A program made the position numbers and the translations under genes. This document shows, piece after piece, positions 20,057 through 31,438 of a DNA stretch of 64,000 bases; the first letter of the stretch is position 1; each line of letters begins with the position of its first letter. The notes below the pieces were generated by a model. The model made no database searches. It saw only the letters and a list, made by a program, of their open reading frames with translations, and was not told where the DNA came from. Source of the stretch: a virus (Duplodnaviria; Caudoviricetes); IMG/VR virus record IMGVR_UViG_2907202186_000003, positions 1 through 64,000 of that record, one strand, 5' to 3'.

Positions 20057-23000
20057 TTATGTATTCTGTTTCTTCCATATCTTCAACCCAAAATCCATCC
20101 AAGCTTCTCTCCATACCTCTTCACTCAAGGTATCGTATTCTTTGAATACCTTTGTTCCAAGGTGCTTTTTTAATTTACTTGTAACGAACTTGTCGTCATG
20201 CAGCATCTCTTCCAATTCAGTTCCAACATCTCTTTCAAAACATTCGGTCAACACATCAGTCAACTCGTAGACAGTTCTGATATTCATCACCTTCCATTCA
20301 ACCGAATTTTTTATTATATTTACTTTATAACGATAAGCCAACAACTATTGGGATGATGAAAGGTACATTTCATTGAATCTCAATGAAGTGCTTACCATAA
20401 AAGATATCAAGCCTATCAGAATCAATTTCTTTAATGATATGTCTATCGCCTTGATTACTCTTAGCGCGAATCACTCTCTTGAATGTGTACATATCACGCA
20501 AACTTGTTTTGTAGCCTCTATATTCTTTGCCTTCACTAAATGCCAATGTTCCATCATTTAAAACGACATTGTGAATACACAACAGTTTAATATTGTTTCC
20601 CATCAGTAAACGTCAACCTCATATTCATAATTGGGATCAACATTATACAACTCTTTTAATTTTCCCTCAATCTTATTTTGCGTTTTTTCATACTTGCTTT
20701 GCTTTTCATGATATTTATTTCTATAATAAAGTGCCTCTTCATACTCTACGTAATAAGTATCTTGCAACCGATCAAGTTCACTAACCAATTCTTTAACTTT
20801 ACTCTCCATTATCTTTCTTCCTCCTTAATACCTCTTAAAATGTGCATTTCATGTTCATTAGTTACGAGCAATACCTGCATTTGCCCAGAACACAACTTGT
20901 TCGAGGTTTGTCAATGCCAGGGACTTTTCTCGGCTCTTTGGTACTTGATCTTCTAGGAGGTAAGCAAGTTCTTTAGCTTTCATTCTAATCAATTCATACT
21001 TCTCCGGTTGTCCTTCTTTTGGAGGATGATAAGAAAAGTTGTTTTCAATTGTATAGTCGTATTGGTTTTTAACAAAGAAGGCAACATTGTTAACTACATA
21101 CTTTAAACTATAGACGTAATCGTTGTGTACAATGTCGTATTCATTTTCGATTGCCTGAGCGACCCAATCCTCTACTTCCCCAATTTGGTTCCCCGAGTAA
21201 TAATCAATGCATTTCAACATTTAATTTATTTCTCCAATCTTCATAAAATTTGACTTTCATCAACCATTACCATTTACCAGTTTCATGATATTCCTTGATA
21301 CACAATTGGCAGAAAACCAAATCTTCATCTTCAGAAGTATATGGCGCTTTTAAATCAATGTCTCTTTCTTTTAAACATTGATCACAAACAAACATTTTCT
21401 TCTTTTTAATATACTCTTTTTTATTTTCTTCTATGTATTGCATTGTGTCCTTAAGACCCATTGTGACACTCCTCTCCACATAAAATGCGGCTTTTATATT
21501 AATCTTCTTTTCTATGGCAATAATCGCAAACCATATTGTCTTCTACAATCGAATGCATTTCTTCTCCTGGAAGACTGTCTCCGCACTCTTTACAGTCATA
21601 CCTAAGGTAATGAAGTGGGTTATATCCAGACCACGTTGACCCTAAATGCTTCGCCACCTCTTCAACTGCTACTGGATCAATATCTACCTTTGCAATATCT
21701 CCTTCCTCGATGTCCCCATAAACCTCACTATGCTTGCCTAAAATCTCACCGAAATATGCTTTTCTACCAATTGCATACTCCACTTCTTTTTCTGTAGCAA
21801 CAAACAATCCTTCAACATCACCTTGGCGACCACAGTCCCAACCGAACTTAAATAGATACTTATTCCCCACTCAAAGGCCTCCTACTTCTGAAATTATAAT
21901 TCCATTACTCTTCATAGTATCAACTGCTTCTGGTAAGATATCTTCTTTTACTTTCTGCCATCCATACAGTGTCAAACCATAGTACAGATCATTTAACTCC
22001 TTATCCTCATCGAACATCTCACCATGTAATCGAATCATTCTTTCCTTAAAAGATTCAGTTCCAATGACATTATAATCAGCATCATATATCTCAAAAGTTT
22101 CATCATCTTCTTCGCTATACTTATATGAGTTGTAGATAACAGAGCCATCAGAAAGCCTTGGTTCGTTTTTTAACCACTCATATACTTCCTCATCTGACCT
22201 TGCGACAAGATGAGTAATTGTGCCAACTTTACTATCTTTTTGTGAATAATGCTCAAACATGATTTTGTATAGATTCATTTCACTACTCCTTTCTTGATCA
22301 AATACGCCTTTCATTTGAAGTTGTAATACCTAACTTGCATAACATTGACCTTCCCATTCATGCTTTCATTTTGAAAATACACATACCTATGTTCATTTCC
22401 CCAAGGCATTTTTGAAAATTGACTTCTTGCCTCATCTTCGTTATCTATGTATTTCATTTCAATTCGATTTTCCTCTACAACTTCTTTGAAAATTGAGCAA
22501 TCACACAATATACTCCCATTTTTAAGTTCAATATCTACATTGAACATGACATAGCTCCTTTCTTAATAAAATCTCACTTTTATGAATTCTCTTTAATTCC
22601 CGCATATTTCTTCAGTTCATCAATCGCAAACTTAATCCCATCTGCATACCAATTGTCAAAAGTTGAATCGCTGTCCTTGTGAAGTTCATAATCTGGCACG
22701 ATACTTTCGATGAAATCATTTACATAATCAAGAAACCTTTCTTCGACTCGTTCTTCATATTTATCAATAACACTTCTCGCAAAATAATGCGTCTTACTTA
22801 ACCCTGCTACCTCTTCATATACCTTTGGAACTTGGCTTAACAAAAACGAATAGTCTGCTAACTCACGTTGGATTTGGTCAAGATTTAATGCCCCCCCTTC
22901 AGTTACACAATGTTTCCAATCCTCTTCCCAAACTAGTTGATACGGTCTTTGTGCCATAGACTATCCTTCTTTTCTCTTTAAAATATATCTTTCATAAAGT

Positions 23001-23830
23001 TACTGATTAAAGATTGTATACAGAAAATACATAATAAATACTGTATTGACTGGATGAAGCATTATGGTTAACTTTTCGGTCTTATGTACTTTCCTGTCGT
23101 ATGTATAAATCCATCCTCTAACTATGTTTATGAAACTAAGTAGAAACTGAAGGACTGCATATGCAAGCAACAAACTGTCTGAGATAAACACTTTCGCAGC
23201 AAAAAAGTAGAATGATAAAGGAATTAGACCAATAATCAGTAAAGCAACTCTTACTCCTCCCATTCCTACACCTGATCTATCAATCACATTCATATTTTCG
23301 TTCAAATCCGCTTGTTTTTGTTTCTGATTCCTAAAGATAGATTTATAACCATTAAGATTGATTAGAAGCATAATGATACCCATTGAAGCAAAAATAACTG
23401 TCATTCAAATTCTCCTTTTTATTGTATATTTAATTTAATATCTTACAATTGGTCGCTTATGTGATTTTTCACTATCCAACGTATATACGCCCTTATAATG
23501 CTCAGAGATTGCTTGTTGCTTCATATGCTCATAATAGTCAATCATTTCATTAATCTGTGCTCTTTGTTCGCGCAGCTTCTGCAATTTCTCATTGACTTCT
23601 TTTTGAGATAGCAACATTTCCATCTCTCCTTTCTTAATAAAACTTGTAATTTATCAGAACTCTGTGCGTTGTTTTAACTCAACCAAACAACTTGCTAATA
23701 GACAATCTTCTGAGTGTCCGTTTGATTCTGGCATATAGCAACTTGGACAACTATAGCGATCATAGTTGGGGCCATCGTAAACACAAAATTCTAGCTGCTC
23801 AAGTAAGTTCATCAATTTTTCTTTCATGCT
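20057..23830 (-). other. Array of small accessory genes, most bounded by the 18-bp palindrome
   Basis: ORFs 20057-20344, 20370-20603, 20603-20809, 20858-21220, 21267-21479, 21499-21870, 21871-22314, 22311-22547, 22580-22957, 23000-23404 (membrane), 23435-23623 and a 57-aa Cys-rich ORF starting at 23827. Confidence 0.75.
20858..21220 (-). CDS. Acb2/Tad1-hairpin-like cyclic-nucleotide sponge candidate
   Basis: C-terminal FSYHPPKEGQPEKYELIR..AKELA...SREKSLALTNLEQVVFWANAGIARN matches my recollection of the Acb2/Tad1 hairpin family. Confidence 0.75.
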   Translation of the reverse strand: MLKCIDYYSGNQIGEVEDWVAQAIENEYDIVHNDYVYSLKYVVNNVAFFVKNQYDYTIENNFSYHPPKEGQPEKYELIRMKAKELAYLLEDQVPKSREKSLALTNLEQVVFWANAGIARN

Positions 23831-23869
23831 AAAAATCTCCTCATTTCTTGATGAAACAGTTCTTTCATT

Positions 23870-24138
23870 CTAAATTGGACTGACCTCGAAAATATCTTCT
23901 TTTTTGAGGTCATCATAATCACAAAGCGTATTTTTAACCCAGCTCAGGAACTCCTCATCGACTTTATTGAATTCTTTAATTCTAATCTCAATGTAATCTT
24001 CTTCATCAATAACTCGATGTATTTCTCCCCTTTTTGAACATATCCTCATACATACATCTCTTGTGCTTTATAGCTTTGATCAAATACCATAGCTGAGTAA
24101 TCTCCACCATACACATGCAAAAACACCGTTTTGTCCAT
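23870..24138 (-). pseudogene. frameshifted small accessory gene
   Basis: RBS+ATG at 24138; stops at GATGTATGTATGA (tandem microduplication); an acidic ORF continues in another frame to TAG at 23870. Confidence 0.5.
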
Positions 24139-24168
24139 TTTTTATTCTCCTTTTTTATTAAAATTTAA

Positions 24169-24927
24169 TTATTTGAAGCTTTCTAAAGAGTTGATTCTTT
24201 TCCTTGCTACTTCTATGTATTTTGAATCTGTTTCAAATCCAATAAATCTACGATTGTTCTTGAGTGCCGCTACTGCAGTTGTTCCTGAACCTATACAATT
24301 ATCAAGAACAGTATTTCCTTCATTTGTATATGTTTTGATTAAATACTCGAATAAAGCAACTGGTTTCTGTGTGGGATGATAAGCTTCTTTTTGTTTATCT
24401 GTCGCAAACACTTGAACACTTCTTGGATATCGCTCCGTGCTTCCCCCTCCACTAACTCCCGCCTTTGTCTGCCCATAATTCGTTCCATCATGTCTTTTTG
24501 TGTAAGAATTCATAGGCTTATGTCCATCTGTTTTCTGAGGATTATAGACTGGTAAATTCTTGTAGAAGACTAAAATATTCTCATGAGATTTCATAGGCAT
24601 TTTCTTGGCATTTAAGTGACCAGTTGCCAATGTTTTTTCCCAAATCCACTCGTATCTCAACATTGTTAGATTGCTGCATCCCAAAACCTTATCAAAGGGA
24701 GTCTGAGCTGTTAAGACAATTGCTCCATTATCTTTGATGATCCTGCTGTATTGCTCCCATAACTTCTCTAGATCGATAACGGTATCCCATTTATTTTGAG
24801 TTGTTCCGTAGGGCAAATCACATAGCACCATGTCAATTGATTTGTTTGGAATCAGATTCATTCCTTCTAAGCAATCCATGTGATAAATACGATTTAGCTC
24901 AATGTCACGAAGGAGTTCTTTTTTCAA
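24169..24927 (-). CDS. N4-C/N6-A DNA methyltransferase (beta class)
   Basis: DLPY (motif IV) precedes HPTQKP and DNCIGSGTT (motif I); probable TTG start near 24927. Confidence 0.92.
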   Translation of the reverse strand: MKKELLRDIELNRIYHMDCLEGMNLIPNKSIDMVLCDLPYGTTQNKWDTVIDLEKLWEQYSRIIKDNGAIVLTAQTPFDKVLGCSNLTMLRYEWIWEKTLATGHLNAKKMPMKSHENILVFYKNLPVYNPQKTDGHKPMNSYTKRHDGTNYGQTKAGVSGGGSTERYPRSVQVFATDKQKEAYHPTQKPVALFEYLIKTYTNEGNTVLDNCIGSGTTAVAALKNNRRFIGFETDSKYIEVARKRINSLESFK

Positions 24928-25025
24928 ATGATCATCACTTTCATAACGTATATTTATTATTTTTATTTTAAAAAACCTATTTAGAAGCAATAGTTCATAA
25001 TACTATCACTTCTAAATATTATCTA

Positions 25026-26282
25026 TCATTTCTCTATAGATAGCGCATAATCCGAGACTGATATATTTCCCTCTTTTAAATGAATAACTTTTTGAAGCTT
25101 TACAACATATCCGACAAAATTAATATAATTTCCATTATCAAGTTTAAAAGACTTTAACATGTTTCCTATTGTATCTCTTTGCTCTTGTGTCAATTCATCA
25201 ATAATTAAAATTATTTGGACATTATTATTAAATGCTTTTAATAGAGCATCGTGAAACTCCTGTCCTTCGTACCCCCCTTGCACATCAGGAACCATTTTTT
25301 TAACCCACTCGAATATTTTATCGCGTTCGTTTACTTTAATATAGTCTTCAATCTTCTTTGAAAATTCTTTAATGTTCTCACTTCTAATAAGATTGTCAGT
25401 GATTACACTAAACGCAGAGGCAAAACGAGTTAATTGTGGAATAATATGCTCTGTGAGTTTATTGAATTTACTTTTCGAAGTTATGTTTCCATAACATTCA
25501 TATTCAATTAGACTGATTTGAATTGGCTGCTTCATTCCTTCAGTAAATCTCACCATGACTGCATCAGGCTTCGAACTGGTCCCCTTAATTTTGTTGTTAG
25601 TGTTGTCTTTATTCGAAGTCTTGAATAGACTGTTTTTACTGATAAGTATGGTGTTATCACGCTTGTAGTCCTCAAATAAGTCATAAAACCATTCTGTAAC
25701 AATTGACTCGAATCCCCTAATTTCATTACGATCCTTCTCCCCGACGAATTCTTCAACTGACATAGTTCCCACTATATTCATATCGGCTTGATTAGCGAAG
25801 GTTATTTGGGTTTCCTGTTCTAGCCTCTTAGAGTTCTCGGGTTTCATTTGTTCTTGATCATCGCCAAAGAAGCTAAAGTTATTTTGACGATGCTTTAAAA
25901 ACTCTGCCTCAAGCAAGGCAATTGTCTCTGGCTCTTTTATTGAATTCGGATCTCTAAGATAACTAATAGTCCATTTTCTAAAGTCCTGTGCTAATACACT
26001 CAGGTCAAAGGGCATACAGAATTCCATCAGTTTTAAACTAAAGGCGTATTTATAAATTTCGGAATTATCCCATGGCTTCCTGTCGGTAGTATCTGCTATT
26101 TTAGCGCGCGCGACACAATAAGTAACCTTTTCCAATCGGATCACAAAATAAATTTGATCGTTTATTTGAAATTTAAAATTCTTCTTAAATCCGGCAACCT
26201 CATACTTAATACACAATATTAAATTATCCATTGAACTACCACAATGGAGCATCCTTACTGACATTTCTTCACACCTTTGCAA
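25026..26282 (-). CDS. putative EVE/PUA-like + PD-(D/E)XK endonuclease
   Basis: N-terminal DQIYF...ARAKI...PW pattern is EVE-like; C-terminal KPDAVMV...LIEYE; lies between two MTases. Confidence 0.5.
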   Translation of the reverse strand: MQRCEEMSVRMLHCGSSMDNLILCIKYEVAGFKKNFKFQINDQIYFVIRLEKVTYCVARAKIADTTDRKPWDNSEIYKYAFSLKLMEFCMPFDLSVLAQDFRKWTISYLRDPNSIKEPETIALLEAEFLKHRQNNFSFFGDDQEQMKPENSKRLEQETQITFANQADMNIVGTMSVEEFVGEKDRNEIRGFESIVTEWFYDLFEDYKRDNTILISKNSLFKTSNKDNTNNKIKGTSSKPDAVMVRFTEGMKQPIQISLIEYECYGNITSKSKFNKLTEHIIPQLTRFASAFSVITDNLIRSENIKEFSKKIEDYIKVNERDKIFEWVKKMVPDVQGGYEGQEFHDALLKAFNNNVQIILIIDELTQEQRDTIGNMLKSFKLDNGNYINFVGYVVKLQKVIHLKEGNISVSDYALSIEK

Positions 26283-26347
26283 ACAGAGTTATATAATCAT
26301 AATTCGATCATATACTATAATTTCCCTCTATCTGAAAGGTAACACCC

Positions 26348-27076
26348 CTAGATTGTGTTTAGAATTTTAAAATCATCCTCTTCATTGTATGTGCTTTCTA
26401 ATCTAATATTGGACACTTCTATGTATTGTGGTACGATTTCAAACCCTAAGTAATCTCTACCTTGTTTCTTTGCGGCTACAGCAGTTGTTCCTGAACCCAT
26501 AAACCCATCAAATACCAGATCACCAACATCACTATTATTGCGGATGAATATTTCAATTAGCGGAACAGGCTTCTCTGTTGGATGTTGTAGTTTGGTACTC
26601 GAAATCTTAGCACAATCAATAACATCGGGAATTCGCTTATCGCGGAACAATGATCTTCCTTTGTGTCCATACAAGATGAATTCATGTTTTGGTGCGTAGG
26701 AACCCTTCAAATCACCTGATCCATGATTATTTTTATTCCAGACAATGATATTCTTCAGTTGAAAATACTTTTCAAACTCCTGTTTAAAGAAATCAATATG
26801 ATGCCAGCTACAGAACATATATACAGCAGTGTTATCTTTATGAATTCTATATAATTGCTCTACATAATCTGAAATCATGTCATTTGCGTTTTTGTCGTTT
26901 TCAATATAATCGAACTTTTCCTGTTTCACTCGTCTGTTGCTACGATAATTCATAAGATACGGTGGATCAGTTACAGTAAGATCGATGCTTGCAGCAGGAA
27001 TTTTCTTCATTGCCATGATGGTATCGTGCTGATAGATACGATTTAGTTCGATGTTGCCCAATAGTTTTTTAGTCAA
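26348..27076 (-). CDS. N4-C/N6-A DNA methyltransferase (beta class)
   Basis: DPPY, HPTEKP, DGFMGSGTT. Confidence 0.93.
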   Translation of the reverse strand: MTKKLLGNIELNRIYQHDTIMAMKKIPAASIDLTVTDPPYLMNYRSNRRVKQEKFDYIENDKNANDMISDYVEQLYRIHKDNTAVYMFCSWHHIDFFKQEFEKYFQLKNIIVWNKNNHGSGDLKGSYAPKHEFILYGHKGRSLFRDKRIPDVIDCAKISSTKLQHPTEKPVPLIEIFIRNNSDVGDLVFDGFMGSGTTAVAAKKQGRDYLGFEIVPQYIEVSNIRLESTYNEEDDFKILNTI

Positions 27077-27138
27077 ATTATCAATCCCCTAGTGTTTAAT
27101 ATATTCTCGATAAAAACTCATTTCATTAAGACTATGTA

Positions 27139-27375
27139 TTAGAAAGTTTTACATCCTTTATGGAACTGCTGTCCTTTATATTTGTATCGGGCGATAAACG
27201 TCTTCACAATAATCAATTTATTGTTTACTTGCTCTAGGATGAGCACTCCATATTTAGTGACCCATCTTACCTTCCCTTTAACTGGGAGATCTTTGATTTC
27301 GCGATATAGGCAGTGCCAATCTATATTACTCTCAGAGCACCTTTGTAGAGCATGTTCGCTGAATTTGATTCTCAT
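27139..27375 (-). CDS. DUF4258/BECR-like small protein
   Basis: IKFSEHALQRC...IIVKTF pattern. Confidence 0.4.
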   Translation of the reverse strand: MRIKFSEHALQRCSESNIDWHCLYREIKDLPVKGKVRWVTKYGVLILEQVNNKLIIVKTFIARYKYKGQQFHKGCKTF

Positions 27376-27473
27376 ATTGTTACCGTTCGGTGGAACGAGT
27401 TTCCACTCTGCCTTTCTTACGTTTTAAATTCAGATGATGTTTATTCATTTATAATCCTCCAATGTATGTTTAT

Positions 27474-29111
27474 TTAGTTAGGTACCATATAGTCATCAAT
27501 GAAAAGTTGATTTGTCTTTACCACTTTGAATTTAGGCTTATACTGCTTCCATACATTAATATTTAAAGATCCAACAGCCTCAATCTCAGCAAACACAGGA
27601 ACGTTATCGTAATATTCTTTATCTGTCTTAAATTTCATCAGCCGTAGGTCTCCACAATCGATTTTAACTGTATTCTCTGATTTACCCATTAGTTTTTTGT
27701 CTGAGACGAATAACCCTTTGATAAGAAACTTTCCTTGCTTAAATCCATTGCCAGTAATCCGGTAAAACTCATTAAGATAATCGATAAATTTCTCGTTGAT
27801 TTCTCCAATATCAAATTCCAGATCATATAATAGCGAATCATCCGCTTCAAATGATTTGAGTTTGTCGTTCAGTTCCTGTCTTAAGACATCAATATCTGTT
27901 TTGAATAATGATAGACCGCCCGCTCCTGGATGACCTCCAGTATGGATTACACTTTTACATTCACCAAGCAAATCCAACATTGAGAACTCATCTAAACCTC
28001 TAAAACTTCCTGCATAAGTATCTTCTTCATCGCCAAGTCCTAATACAATAGCTGGCTTATTGAAAGTCTTGGATAGCTCTTGTGCCACCAATCCATTCAT
28101 CCCTTTCCCCAGCGTTGGATCAAAAATGATTACTACTTTATCAAGAGGATTTACAAAGGGTTTATGTCTTGTCAATGCTTCAGCCTGAACTTCTTTACGG
28201 TACTCATTGGCTTTGATTAGCTCTTTCACAAACCCTTTAATTTCAGGACAATGGGTATCACACATCAAGAAATCAATGCCAAGTTTGATATTATCTAACC
28301 TTGTAGCAGCTGTTACTGCCGGCGACACTCCAAACAGAAAATCATTTGCGGTTAAGTTGTTGATGTCGGAATTCATTGCTTCGAACAATGCTCTAAGTCC
28401 AGCATGTCTGATGTTCTTCAATGAATTTTTAACAAAGTATCGGTTCTCAGGTTCCATCATTGACATTACGTCTGCAGCTAGTGCGAATCCAGCCATATCC
28501 ATGTATTTATTCGAGTAATATGTATTCATGTAATCATCGAGCACCTGACATACTTTATATACAAGCAATGCTCCACAAGAGCTTTTATTTGGATACTTAC
28601 AATCTTTCTGTTGAGGATTTACTATAATTGCATAAGGATTATCATTCGTGATTGCGTGATGATCAATTACTAAGCATTCAATTCCATTCTCAGCTAGATA
28701 CTTCATCTCGTCGACATCGTTACTACTACTATCTACAGCTATGTATAAATCAGTATCCAATGGTATTTGATCAATCACAAATCTGGTTCCGTGCCCTTCG
28801 GAGCGTTCAACGTACCGCAGTTCAATGTTATCAGTAAAGTGTCTAAGATATTTATAGAGAATTACAGCTGAGGAAATCCCATCATAATCCACGTCAACAA
28901 AAATGATGATTTTTTCGCCATTCTTTATAGCTCTAATAATTTTCTCAACCAGTTGATCGATATTCTTCAATAAATATGGACTATGAACTACATTACTAAG
29001 TGGATTTAAGAAGGCATCAATATTTTCGATGCCATTTATCTTGGCAAGCTTTAAATACAAATTATCGTATTCTTCAAACGGAATTTTGGGTATTTTCTTT
29101 TTCCAGGCGAT
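27474..29111 (-). CDS. recJ: RecJ-like ssDNA exonuclease (DHH/DHHA1, YorK-like)
   Basis: DVDYDG, AVD, IDHH, GSFRG, GGHPGAGG; GGAGG RBS points to ATC at 29111. Confidence 0.93.
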   Translation of the reverse strand: MAWKKKIPKIPFEEYDNLYLKLAKINGIENIDAFLNPLSNVVHSPYLLKNIDQLVEKIIRAIKNGEKIIIFVDVDYDGISSAVILYKYLRHFTDNIELRYVERSEGHGTRFVIDQIPLDTDLYIAVDSSSNDVDEMKYLAENGIECLVIDHHAITNDNPYAIIVNPQQKDCKYPNKSSCGALLVYKVCQVLDDYMNTYYSNKYMDMAGFALAADVMSMMEPENRYFVKNSLKNIRHAGLRALFEAMNSDINNLTANDFLFGVSPAVTAATRLDNIKLGIDFLMCDTHCPEIKGFVKELIKANEYRKEVQAEALTRHKPFVNPLDKVVIIFDPTLGKGMNGLVAQELSKTFNKPAIVLGLGDEEDTYAGSFRGLDEFSMLDLLGECKSVIHTGGHPGAGGLSLFKTDIDVLRQELNDKLKSFEADDSLLYDLEFDIGEINEKFIDYLNEFYRITGNGFKQGKFLIKGLFVSDKKLMGKSENTVKIDCGDLRLMKFKTDKEYYDNVPVFAEIEAVGSLNINVWKQYKPKFKVVKTNQLFIDDYMVPN

Positions 29112-29623
29112 GTGTTATACCTCCTTTTTCTGATTTTCATCCTGCTCTTATTTTGAATTTTTCAGGTAGTTTAATATTCTCATAGTTGTTGATTGCTTTC
29201 ATAAACTTGTATGTAAGATTGGTGTTTTCTCTTCCTGTTTGCTTGTCAATGATTCTGATATTTACGTTTCGCTTCATATCTATCATCTCCTCGATATTTA
29301 AATGAAAGAGCAATTTCATAAAGATTAAACTGTTGCATTCTCAAAGATAGTGCCTTTAACTTTATCCAATTCACGAAGTTTTTCCTTAATTAACTGATAC
29401 ATTTCATCTCGCGTCCATGACTCTTGTTTATCTTCTAACAACAAGTGCTCCATAAATAATTGAACTGCAAAACCTGCTGATTCTATCTCGTAATTTCCCC
29501 ACATTAAGTTTGTTATCTTAGTTGCAATCTGGTCATTGGTTAACACATAACCCTCTCCCCTTCTTGATAAAAGTATGTTTTTATCAACATTTTCCTGCAA
29601 AAAACCCTTTGTTTATAATATTT

Positions 29624-30511
29624 TTAAGCCGCCTCTTTTTCTTGAATGACTGACTTAACAATTGGAGGAAGCGATTTGCCAATTACACGGCGAACTTCTT
29701 TTTCTTCATAGTTTTTAATGGCTTCATATTCTTCTTTTACAATATCATCGTAGAGTCGATTCCCAAGTTGCTTAAGAATTGTACCCATATCCTCAATGCC
29801 AAATCTCTCATCAAGCACATTTTCATCAACAAGTTTATAAATCATTTTTTCAACCCTAGCTTTTGTAAGAACAGATTTTACGGCTGCTTGTTCCTCAGAT
29901 GTATAGTTGGGATCTTTCGGAGCTTTCTGTTTTTGTACTTCTCTAAATGAATCGGATACTAGTTTCACAAAAAGTTGTTTTCCATATCTATCTTGATAGT
30001 TAATATTCTTTACAACGATACCTTCACCCTCATTCACCCCAAGCTCTGTCTTACCAATGAAAGATTCCAAGTGTTCAAATGATTTATATTCACCCTCATA
30101 AAAAACTGGAATAAGATTAAGATTAAGTCTTACACTCTCAAATTTTACGATTGAAAATTTCTCATAATCCTGACTATACTCGTTATAGATATCGAACAGA
30201 TAAAACTGATTCATGTTGTTACCATAATCAAGTTTGTGTTTTACTAGCCATTCACCAAAATAAATCACACCTTCAAGTAGATTAGTAGCGTCTAGTGTTT
30301 GTGTCCATTCATAAAATCCTCTAAGATTATTCTCTGATGAAAGTTGTGTGTTTCTTGAGAAAGCAATAATGTCATTGCCTTCACGCTTAAATGAAGCATT
30401 TGCACCATCCAGTTTCTCTTGGATAACAATATGATCGCCTTCATTTAGTACTCCAACGGTCGTTTTATGTCCCAATCTAACAATATCCATATACTTATTC
30501 ATTTCATTCAT
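29624..30511 (-). CDS. RNA ligase (Rnl2-like nucleotidyltransferase)
   Basis: EKLDGANAS, FGEW, FYLFDI, EGIVVK, FVKLV. Confidence 0.85.
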   Translation of the reverse strand: MNEMNKYMDIVRLGHKTTVGVLNEGDHIVIQEKLDGANASFKREGNDIIAFSRNTQLSSENNLRGFYEWTQTLDATNLLEGVIYFGEWLVKHKLDYGNNMNQFYLFDIYNEYSQDYEKFSIVKFESVRLNLNLIPVFYEGEYKSFEHLESFIGKTELGVNEGEGIVVKNINYQDRYGKQLFVKLVSDSFREVQKQKAPKDPNYTSEEQAAVKSVLTKARVEKMIYKLVDENVLDERFGIEDMGTILKQLGNRLYDDIVKEEYEAIKNYEEKEVRRVIGKSLPPIVKSVIQEKEAA

Positions 30512-31366
30512 TTTATGTATTCCTCCCTATTTATTTTTATTTTTCTGAAACTCTTCTTTTATAATCTCGCAATCTTTTCTGCTGCGTGGAATAGTTTAAC
30601 CATTTCAGGATCATCAGTAACTTGTTTCGACAATGATACGGGGTTTCTTTTCCAAACAGAATCATGATAAATATCACAGTCGTTTAACACTAGTGGACTT
30701 GATTCCCATCCTATCTTACTGGTTAAAAGTTTGATTATTTCGTCTGCGACTTCATCCTTGGTCAATTTAATTTTAAGATCAGAGAAGTTAACTGAAGCCA
30801 ACCATATCAAATCCTTTCTAATGAAATTCAAATTTTATTTAGACTCAAATCCAGTGATTGTCTAATAGCATCAATAAATTCATTCAGTTCGTTCTGAGTG
30901 TCTACGTCATTGGTGTTGTCTGCAATCTTTGCGAGTCTATTCATCAAGGCAGTCAAAAACTCATTATCTGCTTTCATACTTTAATCTCTCCTTTTTTGAT
31001 AAAATCCAACTTTCATTACGATTAGAGGCCACTTGTAACGTCCAGACTACTGTGAATATGACCTCTATTATAATATTATGTATTACTATTTTTATTTTAA
31101 AAGCGTTGTTTTACAAAGCATAAAAATTGAATAATTATTTCTCCCAACATCGTCAATAACAAAAGCTTCGCCATTTGTGAACACATCTCGATCTACGTTA
31201 TAATTGTGGTGCAGCTCGTATACTCTTCCTTCGGTTACCCCAGAATTGAACAGTACCCTATCAACTCTTATATACTTAGCCTCACTCTCCTTTTCAGTTT
31301 CTATAAGATTTTCAATGTGCTGCGGATTAGACAAGTGTCATCAATCCTTTCTTGTTTCATATTATC

Positions 31367-31395
31367 ATTATATTTATTTTATTAAATTCTGTCAA
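31367..31395 (-). promoter_or_regulatory. consensus sigma-A promoter upstream of ORF 31092-31334
   Basis: TTGACA-N17-TATAAT on the minus strand. Confidence 0.85.
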
Positions 31396-31438
31396 TAGAT
31401 TGTTTCTATTAATTTCATGTTCTGATAAAAACTAGAAT

